This document shows positions 53,419-62,492 of a stretch of DNA of 64,000 bases, one piece after another; position 1 is the stretch's first letter; every line of letters begins with the position of its first letter. Where the stretch lies: assembly GCA_040753215.1 (NCBI GenBank), contig JBFMEZ010000025.1, positions 1 through 64,000 of the forward strand, given 5' to 3'. The notes below the pieces were generated by a model. It was not told the DNA's origin. It searched no databases and worked only from the letters and a program-made list of their open reading frames with translations. Made by a program: the position numbers and the translations under genes. The DNA comes from Candidatus Micrarchaeota archaeon. Its GTDB lineage: Archaea; Micrarchaeota; Micrarchaeia; Anstonellales; Bilamarchaeaceae.

Positions 53419-56400
53419 CTACTCCTCCCTCAAAGAAAGGTCAACCATGCCCTTGGAAGCCTTCCGCCTGCGGGCCAGGGAGAATATCTCCACTATGTCC
53501 TTCTCGCCCACCTCGAGCTGGCGGAGGAACCCCATTACGGAAGAGGGCGAGTAGCCGAACTTCTCAAGTATGGACACGAATTCCGTGGCGTCCATCACCC
53601 CGTCATTCCTCTCGAACTCGTTCTTCACAAGCCCTATCTGCTCGTCGGTAAGGCCGAGCTCGTAGAGCATGTTGCAGAACTGCTCCCTTTCCTTTTCGAC
53701 AGACATTCCATCAGCCTCCAGCGCATACACGAACAGCGGCTCCTCCCCGTCTATCTTGTTAAGAAGGAAGGTGTGCGAGCCGCCTGCCCGCTTCGCGAAT
53801 ATCATGTTGAGGGCCGCGTCGCCCACGCCGAATTTGGAGATTTCGCCGTCTATGTAATCCGAGTAGTTCAGCGACTGCCGGACGTAGTCCTTGAACTCGC
53901 GCAGGACCAGCCGCAGTATGAACATCGTGCCGACGTTGCTCAGGATCGTCTTGTGCATGTCGGTAGGGTTCTGGGAGGCGACGATGAGGGCGAAGTTGTA
54001 TTTCCTGCCCTCGCGCACTATCGTAATCACGTCGCTGCGCTCGTCGGAGGCGATCTTCCACGCCTCGTCCACCACCACGAAGAGGCGGACGCCCTTCTCC
54101 TCCTTCATCTGCTCCCTGCGCATCCTCTCCTTGAGGAACTGGAGGATCGTGAGGCCCGCGAGGGAGCGCATCTCCTCGGTGGGGAGGGAATGGAGGTCTA
54201 TGCACACCAGGCCCGAGTCCGTGAGCTTCTCCAGGGCCAGCGTGGAGGGCTTCGCGAAGAAGTCGCTGCCCTGAGTGGTGAAGCGCTTCAGCAGGCGCGC
54301 GGCGCCCCTCTTCTTTTTCTCCTCAAGCCTTTTCACGACGTCGGTGAGCGTGGGGTTCTTCGCACCGTCGTATGTTTCCTCGAGCGCCTCCTCTATGTCG
54401 TAGCGCTCGGAGGGGAAGTTGTGCAGGTCCAGCAGGATTTCGAGCGCGGACATTATCTGCTTCATCCGCTCGGATGGCGTGAGGCCAGCGAGGTCGAGGA
54501 GGTTGAGGTGCTCCTCGCCCAGGTGGATGACCTTGCCGCCCGCCTGCTTCACCCACTTGTCGTACTCGCCGACCCAGTCCAGGATGAGCGCGTTGGAATT
54601 CCAGACGAGCGAGGCGCGGGTTAGGAATGTTTTGGTTAAGTACGAGTTGTGGACAAACAACCCGCCAAAGCCGGCCATGAAAACCTCGCTGTCAACGGAA
54701 AGATCGTAAACGAACTCATCCCCAGAAGGCTCTTCCGCCTTTTCCACTATGGGGTCCCAGAAGAGGTCGGATTGTGCGAGCAGGTTGAGGAATTCCACTT
54801 CCTTGTCCCCGGTTGCCTGCACCGAAACCTGCTCCAGAAGGCTTGCAAGATATTTTTTGGTTGGCCTCCTCAAGCCGGTTTGTATGGAGTAAGTCATCTG
54901 TGTGCGCGGGAGAGAATATTTCTTCATCACGGAAGCAACGACGCCTTCTATGTTCGGAATCACATCAACGTTGCTGTGGCCCTTCCCGCATCTCTGGAGC
55001 AGCAGAACGAGGTTGTGGTTTTTCCTTTGAGTTACGAAGCCGATGTTTTCCGTGTATTTTCTGATGTTCTCCTTGCCGGATACCGTAACACGGTAGTATA
55101 ACCCTCCCTTATGCTTAGAGTTGGTTGCCCTCTTCTTGCTTGGGTGGACTCTAGCGATTATGCCGAACCTCAGGAGCATGTAGCACAGCTGGCTGGCGAG
55201 CTCTTTTGACTTGGTGGTAGCGCTTATGCACTTCTGCTCAACGCCGCCATCACCCTCAAAGTAACCCTTTAGGAATTCTGCGAGGTATTCCAGCTTGGAG
55301 GCCATAATGGGCGCGGGTATTTTCTTGCTGCCGGCATTGCCCTCAAGGCCGATTCTTTTTAGTAGCCGGACTACCGCGCTCGCTGAAGTGCGAAGCCCAT
55401 GAGGTATTGGGAAGAACTGGAAGCCGACAATCCCAAAGCAGCTTTTCATGTCGTCAAGAAGTTCCGGCTCGGTCGTGTGCACGTTTATGAAATGCTTTGC
55501 AATTGTGCCTTCTGAAACTATGTAGCCGCACAGCCTTGCGAGTGCCATCGCCTTTTCATTTTCTATCTTCGGGAGCAGAAGGGCGGAGCCGCTGGGCGAC
55601 CTGAGTTTCAGTCCGGGAATAATGCGTGCGTCCAGACCGAGGAGTTCCATGATCTGGCTGAAATACGCGAGTGGGATTGCCCTTCCGGCTTTGTAGAAGC
55701 GGAGGTACTTGTCATATTTTTTGTTTATCGGGAGCCACTTGTGCAACCTTTCGCAGTTGTCCGCGATAACTCCGGCTGCGCCTACCACATGGACATCGTC
55801 GTGTTTAAGCAGCCCAAGGGTGTCTACGGCGAACTCTTCGCCTTCGAATGACAGCTCTCGCGGGGTGGGAATGTAATCACCCGTGCGCACCTCCGAGCCC
55901 TTGGCCACCGAGATACCGCCATCGCGCAGGACGAGGATGTTGTGGTCACCTGTCGTCCTTATCTCCCTGCCACTTGCGGTTTTGAATGAGTACAGTGTGC
56001 TCGGGGACTTTTTCCGCCCGGCGAAATTAACGGGCACCCATTTCGCCTTTAGATTGCCATCAAATGAGTATATCTCGATGCCGGGGCTGCTGACGCCCTC
56101 CACATCGTCAATCGTTTCTGCAGAACCGGAATTTTGGATGAGCCCGTCTATAAGTTCTCCGATTTTTGCGATGCGGACCTTTCCGTTTTGCCTTATTATC
56201 ACCGGCTCGTTTCTATCAATCGACTTTCCGCTCCCCGTGATGCCGACGATGGCGATGTGCGGGTTGATGAGCTTCTGGTAGTTCCAGAAGACCGGAACGT
56301 TCAGCCAGCGGGTTTTTCCCACATATATCCCGTCTCCGGAGGATGAGATGAGGTATTCGGGCCTGGGCTCCGGCGGGTGCACCAGGAAAAGGCGCTCTGC

Positions 56401-56433
56401 AAGCTGCGGGGTGTAGATTTTCTGCACTTTCAT
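53419..56433 (-). CDS. VirB4/HerA-like P-loop ATPase containing an intein
   Basis: HIAIVGITGSGK|S; ILDWVGEY; VVDEAW; REGRKYN...ASQ. Confidence 0.9.
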   Translation of the reverse strand: MKVQKIYTPQLAERLFLVHPPEPRPEYLISSSGDGIYVGKTRWLNVPVFWNYQKLINPHIAIVGITGSGKSIDRNEPVIIRQNGKVRIAKIGELIDGLIQNSGSAETIDDVEGVSSPGIEIYSFDGNLKAKWVPVNFAGRKKSPSTLYSFKTASGREIRTTGDHNILVLRDGGISVAKGSEVRTGDYIPTPRELSFEGEEFAVDTLGLLKHDDVHVVGAAGVIADNCERLHKWLPINKKYDKYLRFYKAGRAIPLAYFSQIMELLGLDARIIPGLKLRSPSGSALLLPKIENEKAMALARLCGYIVSEGTIAKHFINVHTTEPELLDDMKSCFGIVGFQFFPIPHGLRTSASAVVRLLKRIGLEGNAGSKKIPAPIMASKLEYLAEFLKGYFEGDGGVEQKCISATTKSKELASQLCYMLLRFGIIARVHPSKKRATNSKHKGGLYYRVTVSGKENIRKYTENIGFVTQRKNHNLVLLLQRCGKGHSNVDVIPNIEGVVASVMKKYSLPRTQMTYSIQTGLRRPTKKYLASLLEQVSVQATGDKEVEFLNLLAQSDLFWDPIVEKAEEPSGDEFVYDLSVDSEVFMAGFGGLFVHNSYLTKTFLTRASLVWNSNALILDWVGEYDKWVKQAGGKVIHLGEEHLNLLDLAGLTPSERMKQIMSALEILLDLHNFPSERYDIEEALEETYDGAKNPTLTDVVKRLEEKKKRGAARLLKRFTTQGSDFFAKPSTLALEKLTDSGLVCIDLHSLPTEEMRSLAGLTILQFLKERMRREQMKEEKGVRLFVVVDEAWKIASDERSDVITIVREGRKYNFALIVASQNPTDMHKTILSNVGTMFILRLVLREFKDYVRQSLNYSDYIDGEISKFGVGDAALNMIFAKRAGGSHTFLLNKIDGEEPLFVYALEADGMSVEKEREQFCNMLYELGLTDEQIGLVKNEFERNDGVMDATEFVSILEKFGYSPSSVMGFLRQLEVGEKDIVEIFSLARRRKASKGMVDLSLREE
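54646..56223 (-). mobile_element. 526-aa intein with LAGLIDADG homing endonuclease, inserted in Walker A
   Basis: Starts SIDRNEPV after GK; TTGDH block B; LCGYIVSEG and FLKGYFEGDGGV; ends VYDLSV...FVHN|S; visibly lower GC. Confidence 0.93.
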
Positions 56434-57213
56434 CTAGAACACTTCGTCCCTTAGCTGTTCCGCCTCGGGCGGCAGGAAGTATTCCCACTCGAAGCACCTC
56501 ACCATGTCCAGGTCGAACAGCTCGTTGACGTCCGCGCCGAGCGTGGAGGAGATTATGGTCTTCACTTCCTTCGACTGCCTGCGGACCTTGGAAAGCGCCT
56601 CCTCGCGCGTGACGCCGTATGCGGTGGTGGAGACGAAGGACGTGATTTCGAGCGGGCGGTCTCCCCGGCTTATGCGCTCGAGCTGGCGGTTGTACATCGC
56701 GATCTCGCGGTCTAGGCGCACGAGCTCCTCGCTGTTCGGGGGGAGCTTGCGGCGCTTGCCCTCCGCCGCAGCGCGGCGCGTCTTTATGTCGTCTATCTCG
56801 CGCGTGAGGTCGACCTCGGAGACCAGGAGGGATATCTTCACCGCGTGCTTGAGGGATGCGAGCGCCTTCTCGAACGAGGAGAGCATGGACGCGCGGTCCT
56901 GCGAGTCCTTGTCCATCGTGCTCTCGTAGTACTTTATCTCCAGGAATTTGGTGGCGTAGAAGCCGTTGCCCGCCTTCTTCACGATGCAGTCGCGGGTGGA
57001 GGGTATCTCATAGCCGCCGCGGATCTCGACTATGTTGGTCGCGGAAGTGAAGTATGGTATCAGGAGGTAGCCGTACTTCCAGACGACCAGCGAGAGGACG
57101 AAGAAGAGGGCTGAGAGGGCGGCGAATATGGGGTTGCCCATAACCACCGCAATCACCAGGGCCGCAAGCCCGCCTCCGAGCGACATCAGCGTCATCATCC
57201 TGTTTTCTATCAT
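56434..57213 (-). CDS. membrane-anchored coiled-coil protein (ATPase partner)
   Basis: ATG 57213 overlaps the upstream stop (ATGA); 2 N-terminal TM segments. Confidence 0.75.
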   Translation of the reverse strand: MIENRMMTLMSLGGGLAALVIAVVMGNPIFAALSALFFVLSLVVWKYGYLLIPYFTSATNIVEIRGGYEIPSTRDCIVKKAGNGFYATKFLEIKYYESTMDKDSQDRASMLSSFEKALASLKHAVKISLLVSEVDLTREIDDIKTRRAAAEGKRRKLPPNSEELVRLDREIAMYNRQLERISRGDRPLEITSFVSTTAYGVTREEALSKVRRQSKEVKTIISSTLGADVNELFDLDMVRCFEWEYFLPPEAEQLRDEVF

Positions 57214-58139
57214 AGGGAGCCCACCGCGAAGAAGAATTCCCCGCCGAATATTTCTGTTACCTCCTTTATGAATATTGCGGTTACGATGAGGGAGAAGAGG
57301 GGGGCGAGCAGCACGAAGAGCGAGAGCGACGAGATGGATTCGCTTATGCGCTGGGCGGCGAGCGTGAGGTCGCCTGTGAAGTCGCCGGTGGTCATGTTGT
57401 CGAGCTTCCCGGCGATTGCGTAATTGTCGTTTAGGTCGAGGATGGGCGTGGTCCTGTAGAGCGTGCTGTTGGTGACGTTGGTGAGGTTTGCTGTCGTCAC
57501 GTTCAGCTCCGGGACCGGGAATATGAGGATGAACGCCGGGTAGAAGAGGTACACCCCTATGGAGAGGGCGATCAGGAACCCGCCGAGCCTGCGGGTGGAG
57601 AAGAAGGAGCGGAAGATGAGCCCGACCGGGAGGAAGAACGTGAGCAGCTGCGGGGCGAAGAAGCCGAGCACCTGGACCTGGAACTGGGAGACTGTGAGCA
57701 GCGCCTGCAGCGTGAGTATCTGCGACTGCAGGACGGACGCGATTGAGGAGAGGCCCGACATCGGCTGGATGGAGAACGTGGAGAATTCCAGGTTTATCGT
57801 CTGGTAGTACGAAACCATCTGGTGGAGGCTCACCGCCTGGGCGAGCAGCGCGAAGATCTCTGAGGAGAGGCTGGAGAATATGCACTGGAGGTTCTCTATC
57901 GCGTCTCCCGCGGTGCACGCGCCCTCAGTTATTATCCCGCGGCTTATTTCTGTGGCTGCGGCGACTATTGCGGTGTAGGCGCCGACCAGCGCCGCGTTTA
58001 TCACGGACTGGATGAGCTCCTCCGTGCCGAAGTGCTCAAGCCGCTTCGAGTTCAGCGTCCTGCCGAGCCCCATCAGTATGCCTGAGAGGATTATGGAAAG
58101 GCTTACGACTATGCCGGCGAGGGTAAGGTCAGCTGCCAT
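57210..58139 (-). CDS. polytopic membrane protein (VirB6/CedA-like?)
   Basis: About 5 TM segments; FLPVGLIFRSFFSTRRLGGFLIALSIG. Confidence 0.7.
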   Translation of the reverse strand: MAADLTLAGIVVSLSIILSGILMGLGRTLNSKRLEHFGTEELIQSVINAALVGAYTAIVAAATEISRGIITEGACTAGDAIENLQCIFSSLSSEIFALLAQAVSLHQMVSYYQTINLEFSTFSIQPMSGLSSIASVLQSQILTLQALLTVSQFQVQVLGFFAPQLLTFFLPVGLIFRSFFSTRRLGGFLIALSIGVYLFYPAFILIFPVPELNVTTANLTNVTNSTLYRTTPILDLNDNYAIAGKLDNMTTGDFTGDLTLAAQRISESISSLSLFVLLAPLFSLIVTAIFIKEVTEIFGGEFFFAVGSL

Positions 58140-58156
58140 TTTTCACCTTCCCTGGG

Positions 58157-58402
58157 TCAGGTCAGGAGGTTCGACGCCACCGTCTGTATCAGCTCTGCGG
58201 CGCCTATTATCGCGGCGATAAGGACGCCGCCTATGAAAAGCCCTATCGCGGTGTTCTGCCACCTTCCCCTTGTCTCCCCGGGCTGGAGCTGTGCAAGCCC
58301 GTAGGCGACGCCCCCGACTATTATCAGGAGCAGCGAGAGGGTGACGCCGGCGGACTTCATGACTTCCAGCCAGCTCGAGAGGAGCGTCTCTATATACGCC
58401 AT
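58157..58402 (-). CDS. small two-helix hydrophobic protein (TrbC/VirB2-pilin-like)
   Basis: 81 aa; two hydrophobic helices around a short charged loop. Confidence 0.65.
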   Translation of the reverse strand: MAYIETLLSSWLEVMKSAGVTLSLLLIIVGGVAYGLAQLQPGETRGRWQNTAIGLFIGGVLIAAIIGAAELIQTVASNLLT

Positions 58403-58463
58403 GGCCTTCTAATCGTAAGGAAGCTATATAAAGCTTTTTCGGGGGCTTTAATTCGGGGAAAAC

Positions 58464-59213
58464 GTGAAAGTGGGCATTGGGCTTGGAAAGAGCATACATG
58501 AGAATGCAGCGCGCTACTACGAAGAGGCGAAGAGGGCGAGGGAGAAGGCGGAGGGCGTGCGGAAGGCCATGGAGCAGACGCGGAAGAGGATGAAAGAGGC
58601 GGCCGGGAGAAAGAAGGCGGCCGTGAAGGTCGCCCGGAGGAGGGAGTGGTTCGAGGAATTCCACTGGAGCTTCACGAATGAGGGAAAGCTTATTCTGGCG
58701 GGGAAGAATGCGCAGCAGAACGACAAATTATTCGGGAAAATGGAGGAGGGGGACTTGTTTTTCCATGCGGACATACGCGGAGCCGCGGCGACTATTCTGA
58801 AGGGAGGGGTTGGCGCGGGCGGGGAAGAGAAGAAAACGGCCGCCACCATCGCCGCATCCTACTCGAAAGCGTGGGGAATGAGGATGGCGGCGGTTGATGT
58901 GTATGCGGTGAGGAGGGGGCAGCTTTCCAAGCATGTGAGCGGAGGGTTTGTTGGGGCTGGAGGGTTCGCGATTTCCGGGGAGAGGGAGTGGTTCGGGAAT
59001 ACAAAGCTGGTGCTCGCAGTCGGGGTGGAGGGGAACGGGCGGGTTTCGGCCGGGGCCGGGGATGCGGAGTGGATGAAGAAGAAAGTGCTCATTGTGCCGG
59101 GGAAGATGGAGAAGAAAGAGGCGGCGGGGAGGATTGGGGAATTGCTCGGGGTGCCGGGGAGCGAAGTGATGCCTGTCCTGCCTCCGGGCAGGATAAGTAT
59201 TGCGCGGGGTTAG
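58464..59213 (+). CDS. NFACT RNA-binding (Rqc2/FbpA C-terminal-like) protein
   Basis: SIHENAARYY, WFEEFHW, AGKNAQQND, FFHADIRGA, G.F.ISGER. Confidence 0.85.
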   Translation: MKVGIGLGKSIHENAARYYEEAKRAREKAEGVRKAMEQTRKRMKEAAGRKKAAVKVARRREWFEEFHWSFTNEGKLILAGKNAQQNDKLFGKMEEGDLFFHADIRGAAATILKGGVGAGGEEKKTAATIAASYSKAWGMRMAAVDVYAVRRGQLSKHVSGGFVGAGGFAISGEREWFGNTKLVLAVGVEGNGRVSAGAGDAEWMKKKVLIVPGKMEKKEAAGRIGELLGVPGSEVMPVLPPGRISIARG

Positions 59214-59223
59214 GAAGGGAATG

Positions 59224-59426
59224 TGAACCTCCACGGCTCGGTCACACCTTGTAGTCGCCTGCGTGGCGGCGATAGGTCTGCCTAGCCATTGGGTGCGGCT
59301 ACAAGGTGTGAGGAAGCCTCGGCATTTATGCCGGGGAGGAGAGCCGAGGCTTCCTCTAAAGGCAGCAGGAATACAGTTGCCCCTTCATCTATGAAGAAGC
59401 CACGGCCTTTGGACCGTGGAGGTTCA
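59224..59426. mobile_element. non-autonomous IS200/IS605-like multi-hairpin element (~203 bp)
   Basis: 13-bp terminal IR TGAACCTCCACGG/CCGTGGAGGTTCA; internal IRs CACACCTTGTAG... and GAGGAAGCCTCGGC; GAAGCCACGGCCTTTGGACCGTGGAGGTTCA resembles IS605 right ends. Confidence 0.6.
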
Positions 59427-59444
59427 GTAACCATGGTTACATGC

Positions 59445-59514
59445 CAGTTTTCAGCTACCTGTTTTCAGTTTTCAGTAACGGATGCCGGAAACAGGAAACC
59501 GACAACGGGAAACC
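59445..59514. repeat. full-length 10-unit heptamer hairpin element, homologous to the uppS insertion
   Basis: cagtttt cagctac ctgtttt cagtttt cagtaac ggatgcc ggaaaca ggaaacc gacaacg ggaaacc. Confidence 0.85.
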
Positions 59515-59561
59515 GCAGGAAGAAAACAAGAGTTATATATCTTGCTCAATAAAAATGCGCC

Positions 59562-62492
59562 ATGGGGGGAGCACGCCGTATAGAGGTCAGGCCGAAGGGC
59601 GCACTGCGCGACCCGCGCTCAGCTTCGCTGGCGAAGGAGGCGGAGGAGCTTTCCAGAACGAAAGTCTCTGATTTTGCGATAGTAAAGGCGTACAATATAG
59701 ATGGCGGGCTGGATGACGCGGAGATGGAGAAGCTGGGGAAGGAGCTCTTCGCGGACCCGGTAACCGAGGAGTTTTCGTACAGGGAGCCGTTCTACGGCGG
59801 TTACTGGCGCATTGAGGTGGGCTTCCTGCCGGGAATGACCGACAACGAGGGGAATACGAGCAGGCAGGGGATAAGGGACGTGCTCGGGAAGGATGCGGAC
59901 GTCTATGCATCGCGCGTTTATGCGATAAAGGCGGATTTTGAAGACGATGCAGTGCTCGGCGAGATTGCCAGGAGGATGCTCGCAAACGAGGTGATACAGG
60001 CGTGGAAAGTGTACGAGCCGGAGAGCGGCAGCTTCGAGCCGTACATACCGAAGGTCGAGCTAGACCATGCCCCGGTCGCGGAAGAAATCGACCTCCAGGT
60101 CTCAGACGAGCACCTGATGCGCCTGAGCAGGGAGAGGACGCTCGCCCTCTCGCTGGAAGAGATGCGGGCGATAAAGGCGCACTTCTCAAAGGCGGGTGTC
60201 GCGAAGGAGAGGGAGAAGGTCGGGCTCGGGAAGGGCGTGACCGATGTGGAGCTGGAGGCGCTCGCGCAGTCGTGGAGCGAGCACTGCAAGCACAAGATAT
60301 TCAACGCGAGGATACGCTACTCGGAGGAGGGGGAAGGGGCGGAGGGGGAGGAGATAGATTCCATATTCAGCACTTACATAAAGGCGGCAACAGACGAGGT
60401 GAGGAAGCCGTATGTGGTTTCGGTCTTCAGGGACAACGGGGGGATAATAAAGTTCGACCCGGAGAACGACATCGCGGTGAAGGTGGAAACGCACAATGCG
60501 CCTTCTGCCCTCGACCCTTATGGCGGAGCCCTGACCGGCATCCTTGGCGTGAACAGGGACGTGCTCGGAACAGGGCTGGGCGCAAAGCCAATCGCAAACA
60601 TCAACGTGCTCTGCTTCGGGTTCCTTGACGAGAAAGACGTGCCTAACGGATGCCTGCACCCGAAGAGGATTGCGAAGGGCGTGGTCAGGGGCATAGAGCA
60701 CGGGGGGAACATGGTGGGCATCCCGACCGTTAACGGTTCCGTAGTGTTCGAGAAGTGCTATGCGGCGAGGCCGCTCGTGTACGCGGGAACGGTCGGGCTT
60801 ATGCCCCACGTGGTCGGGGAGCGGGAGACCGCCCGCAAGGAGATAAGGCCCGGGTACCTCGCGGTGATGGCCGGGGGCAGGATAGGGAAGGACGGGATAC
60901 ACGGCGCGACGTTCTCGTCCCAGCAGCTCACGACCGGGCTTTCGGGGAGCGTGGTGCAGATAGGCGACCCGATAACCCAGAAGAAGGTCATAGACATGGT
61001 CCTCGAGGCGAGGGACCTGCGGCTCTACGAGGCGGTCACGGACAACGGGGCCGGCGGGCTTTCTTCAAGCGTGGGCGAGCTTGCCCAGCTCAGCGGGGGC
61101 TGCGAGATATACCTCGACAAGTGCCCGCTGAAATACCCCGGGCTGGACCCGTGGGAGATACTGCTCTCGGAATCGCAGGAGAGGATGACCCTTGCGGTTC
61201 CTCCAGAAAAGCTCGATGAGATAATGAAGGTGGCGAAGAAACATGATGTCGAGGCGGCCGTTGTCGGGAAGTTCACGGATTCAGGGAAATTCCACGCGCT
61301 GTTTGGGAAGAGCACCGTTGCCTACCTTGGCATGGATTTCCTGCACGGCGGCGCGCCGCAGATGAGGCTCAAGGCAGTATGGAAGAAGAGGATGCTGAAC
61401 CCTCCGGACAGGCCGCGGCTCGGGCACGGCGAGGCGCTGAGGGCGCTACTCGCCTCCCCGAACATCGCATCAAAATGGTGGGTGATAAGGCAGTACGACC
61501 ACGAGGTGCAGGGAGGGAGCGCGATAAAGCCGCTCATGTACAACGATGCGCCATCCGACGCCGGGGTTATAAGGCCAATCCTGGAGAGGAAGGACGGGAT
61601 TGTGGTAGCCCACGGAATATGCCCGCGCTATATAGAAGATGCGTACTGGATGGCTGCAAATGCGGTGGATGAGGCGGTGAGGAACGCGGCCGCGGCCGGA
61701 GCCAAATTCGGCTACCTTGCATGCCTAGACAACTTCTCATGGCCCGACCCGGTAAAGGGGCCCAGGAACCCGGACGGGGACTTCAAGCTGGCGCAGCTCG
61801 TGCGCGCTGCGAGAGGGATGCACGACGCCGCGGTCGCATACGGCATTCCGATAATATCCGGGAAGGACAGCATGAAGAACGACTATTTCGCAGGAGAGGA
61901 GAAGTACTCAATAAACCCGACGCTGCTCGTCACCGTGGTGGGGAGGATTGATGATGTTTCTTCCGCGGTAAGCTCCGACTTCAAGGAAACGGGCGACCTG
62001 GTCTATCTGCTCGGGACAACCAGGGACGAGATGGGGGGGAGCGAGTACAACAAGCTGCACGGCGGCGTGGGCGGAGGCATGCCCCGCGTTGATTTTAAGG
62101 AAAACGCGCCGCTTTACGCCGCGCTCTCCAGGGCCCTGGAGAAGGGGCTGGTGAAGAGCGCGCACGATGTTTCAGACGGAGGGGTTGCGGCCGCTTTCGC
62201 GGAATGCGCGATGGGCGGCGCTGTGGGGGCTGAGCTTGACCTGTCGCTGGCCGCCAGAGAGACTGATGACGAGGTGGCCCTGCTCTTCTCGGAAAGCGCG
62301 GGCAGGTTTATAGTGAGCGTCGCTGAAAAGGACGCGTTCAGGTTTGAGAAGATGATGTTCGGCACAAAAACCAGGAAGGTTGGCAGGGTGCGCGGGGACA
62401 AGCGGGTGGTGCTCCGCTACAGGGACAACACGCTCGTGAACGAGGACGTCTTCGCGCTGCGAGACATCTGGAACGGGGGGCTGAAATGGTGA
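59562..62492 (+). CDS. purL: FGAM synthase PurL with N-terminal PurS-like extension
   Basis: QSWSEHCKHK, KVETHNAPS, DNGAGG, SESQERM, SGKDS. Confidence 0.95.
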   Translation: MGGARRIEVRPKGALRDPRSASLAKEAEELSRTKVSDFAIVKAYNIDGGLDDAEMEKLGKELFADPVTEEFSYREPFYGGYWRIEVGFLPGMTDNEGNTSRQGIRDVLGKDADVYASRVYAIKADFEDDAVLGEIARRMLANEVIQAWKVYEPESGSFEPYIPKVELDHAPVAEEIDLQVSDEHLMRLSRERTLALSLEEMRAIKAHFSKAGVAKEREKVGLGKGVTDVELEALAQSWSEHCKHKIFNARIRYSEEGEGAEGEEIDSIFSTYIKAATDEVRKPYVVSVFRDNGGIIKFDPENDIAVKVETHNAPSALDPYGGALTGILGVNRDVLGTGLGAKPIANINVLCFGFLDEKDVPNGCLHPKRIAKGVVRGIEHGGNMVGIPTVNGSVVFEKCYAARPLVYAGTVGLMPHVVGERETARKEIRPGYLAVMAGGRIGKDGIHGATFSSQQLTTGLSGSVVQIGDPITQKKVIDMVLEARDLRLYEAVTDNGAGGLSSSVGELAQLSGGCEIYLDKCPLKYPGLDPWEILLSESQERMTLAVPPEKLDEIMKVAKKHDVEAAVVGKFTDSGKFHALFGKSTVAYLGMDFLHGGAPQMRLKAVWKKRMLNPPDRPRLGHGEALRALLASPNIASKWWVIRQYDHEVQGGSAIKPLMYNDAPSDAGVIRPILERKDGIVVAHGICPRYIEDAYWMAANAVDEAVRNAAAAGAKFGYLACLDNFSWPDPVKGPRNPDGDFKLAQLVRAARGMHDAAVAYGIPIISGKDSMKNDYFAGEEKYSINPTLLVTVVGRIDDVSSAVSSDFKETGDLVYLLGTTRDEMGGSEYNKLHGGVGGGMPRVDFKENAPLYAALSRALEKGLVKSAHDVSDGGVAAAFAECAMGGAVGAELDLSLAARETDDEVALLFSESAGRFIVSVAEKDAFRFEKMMFGTKTRKVGRVRGDKRVVLRYRDNTLVNEDVFALRDIWNGGLKW

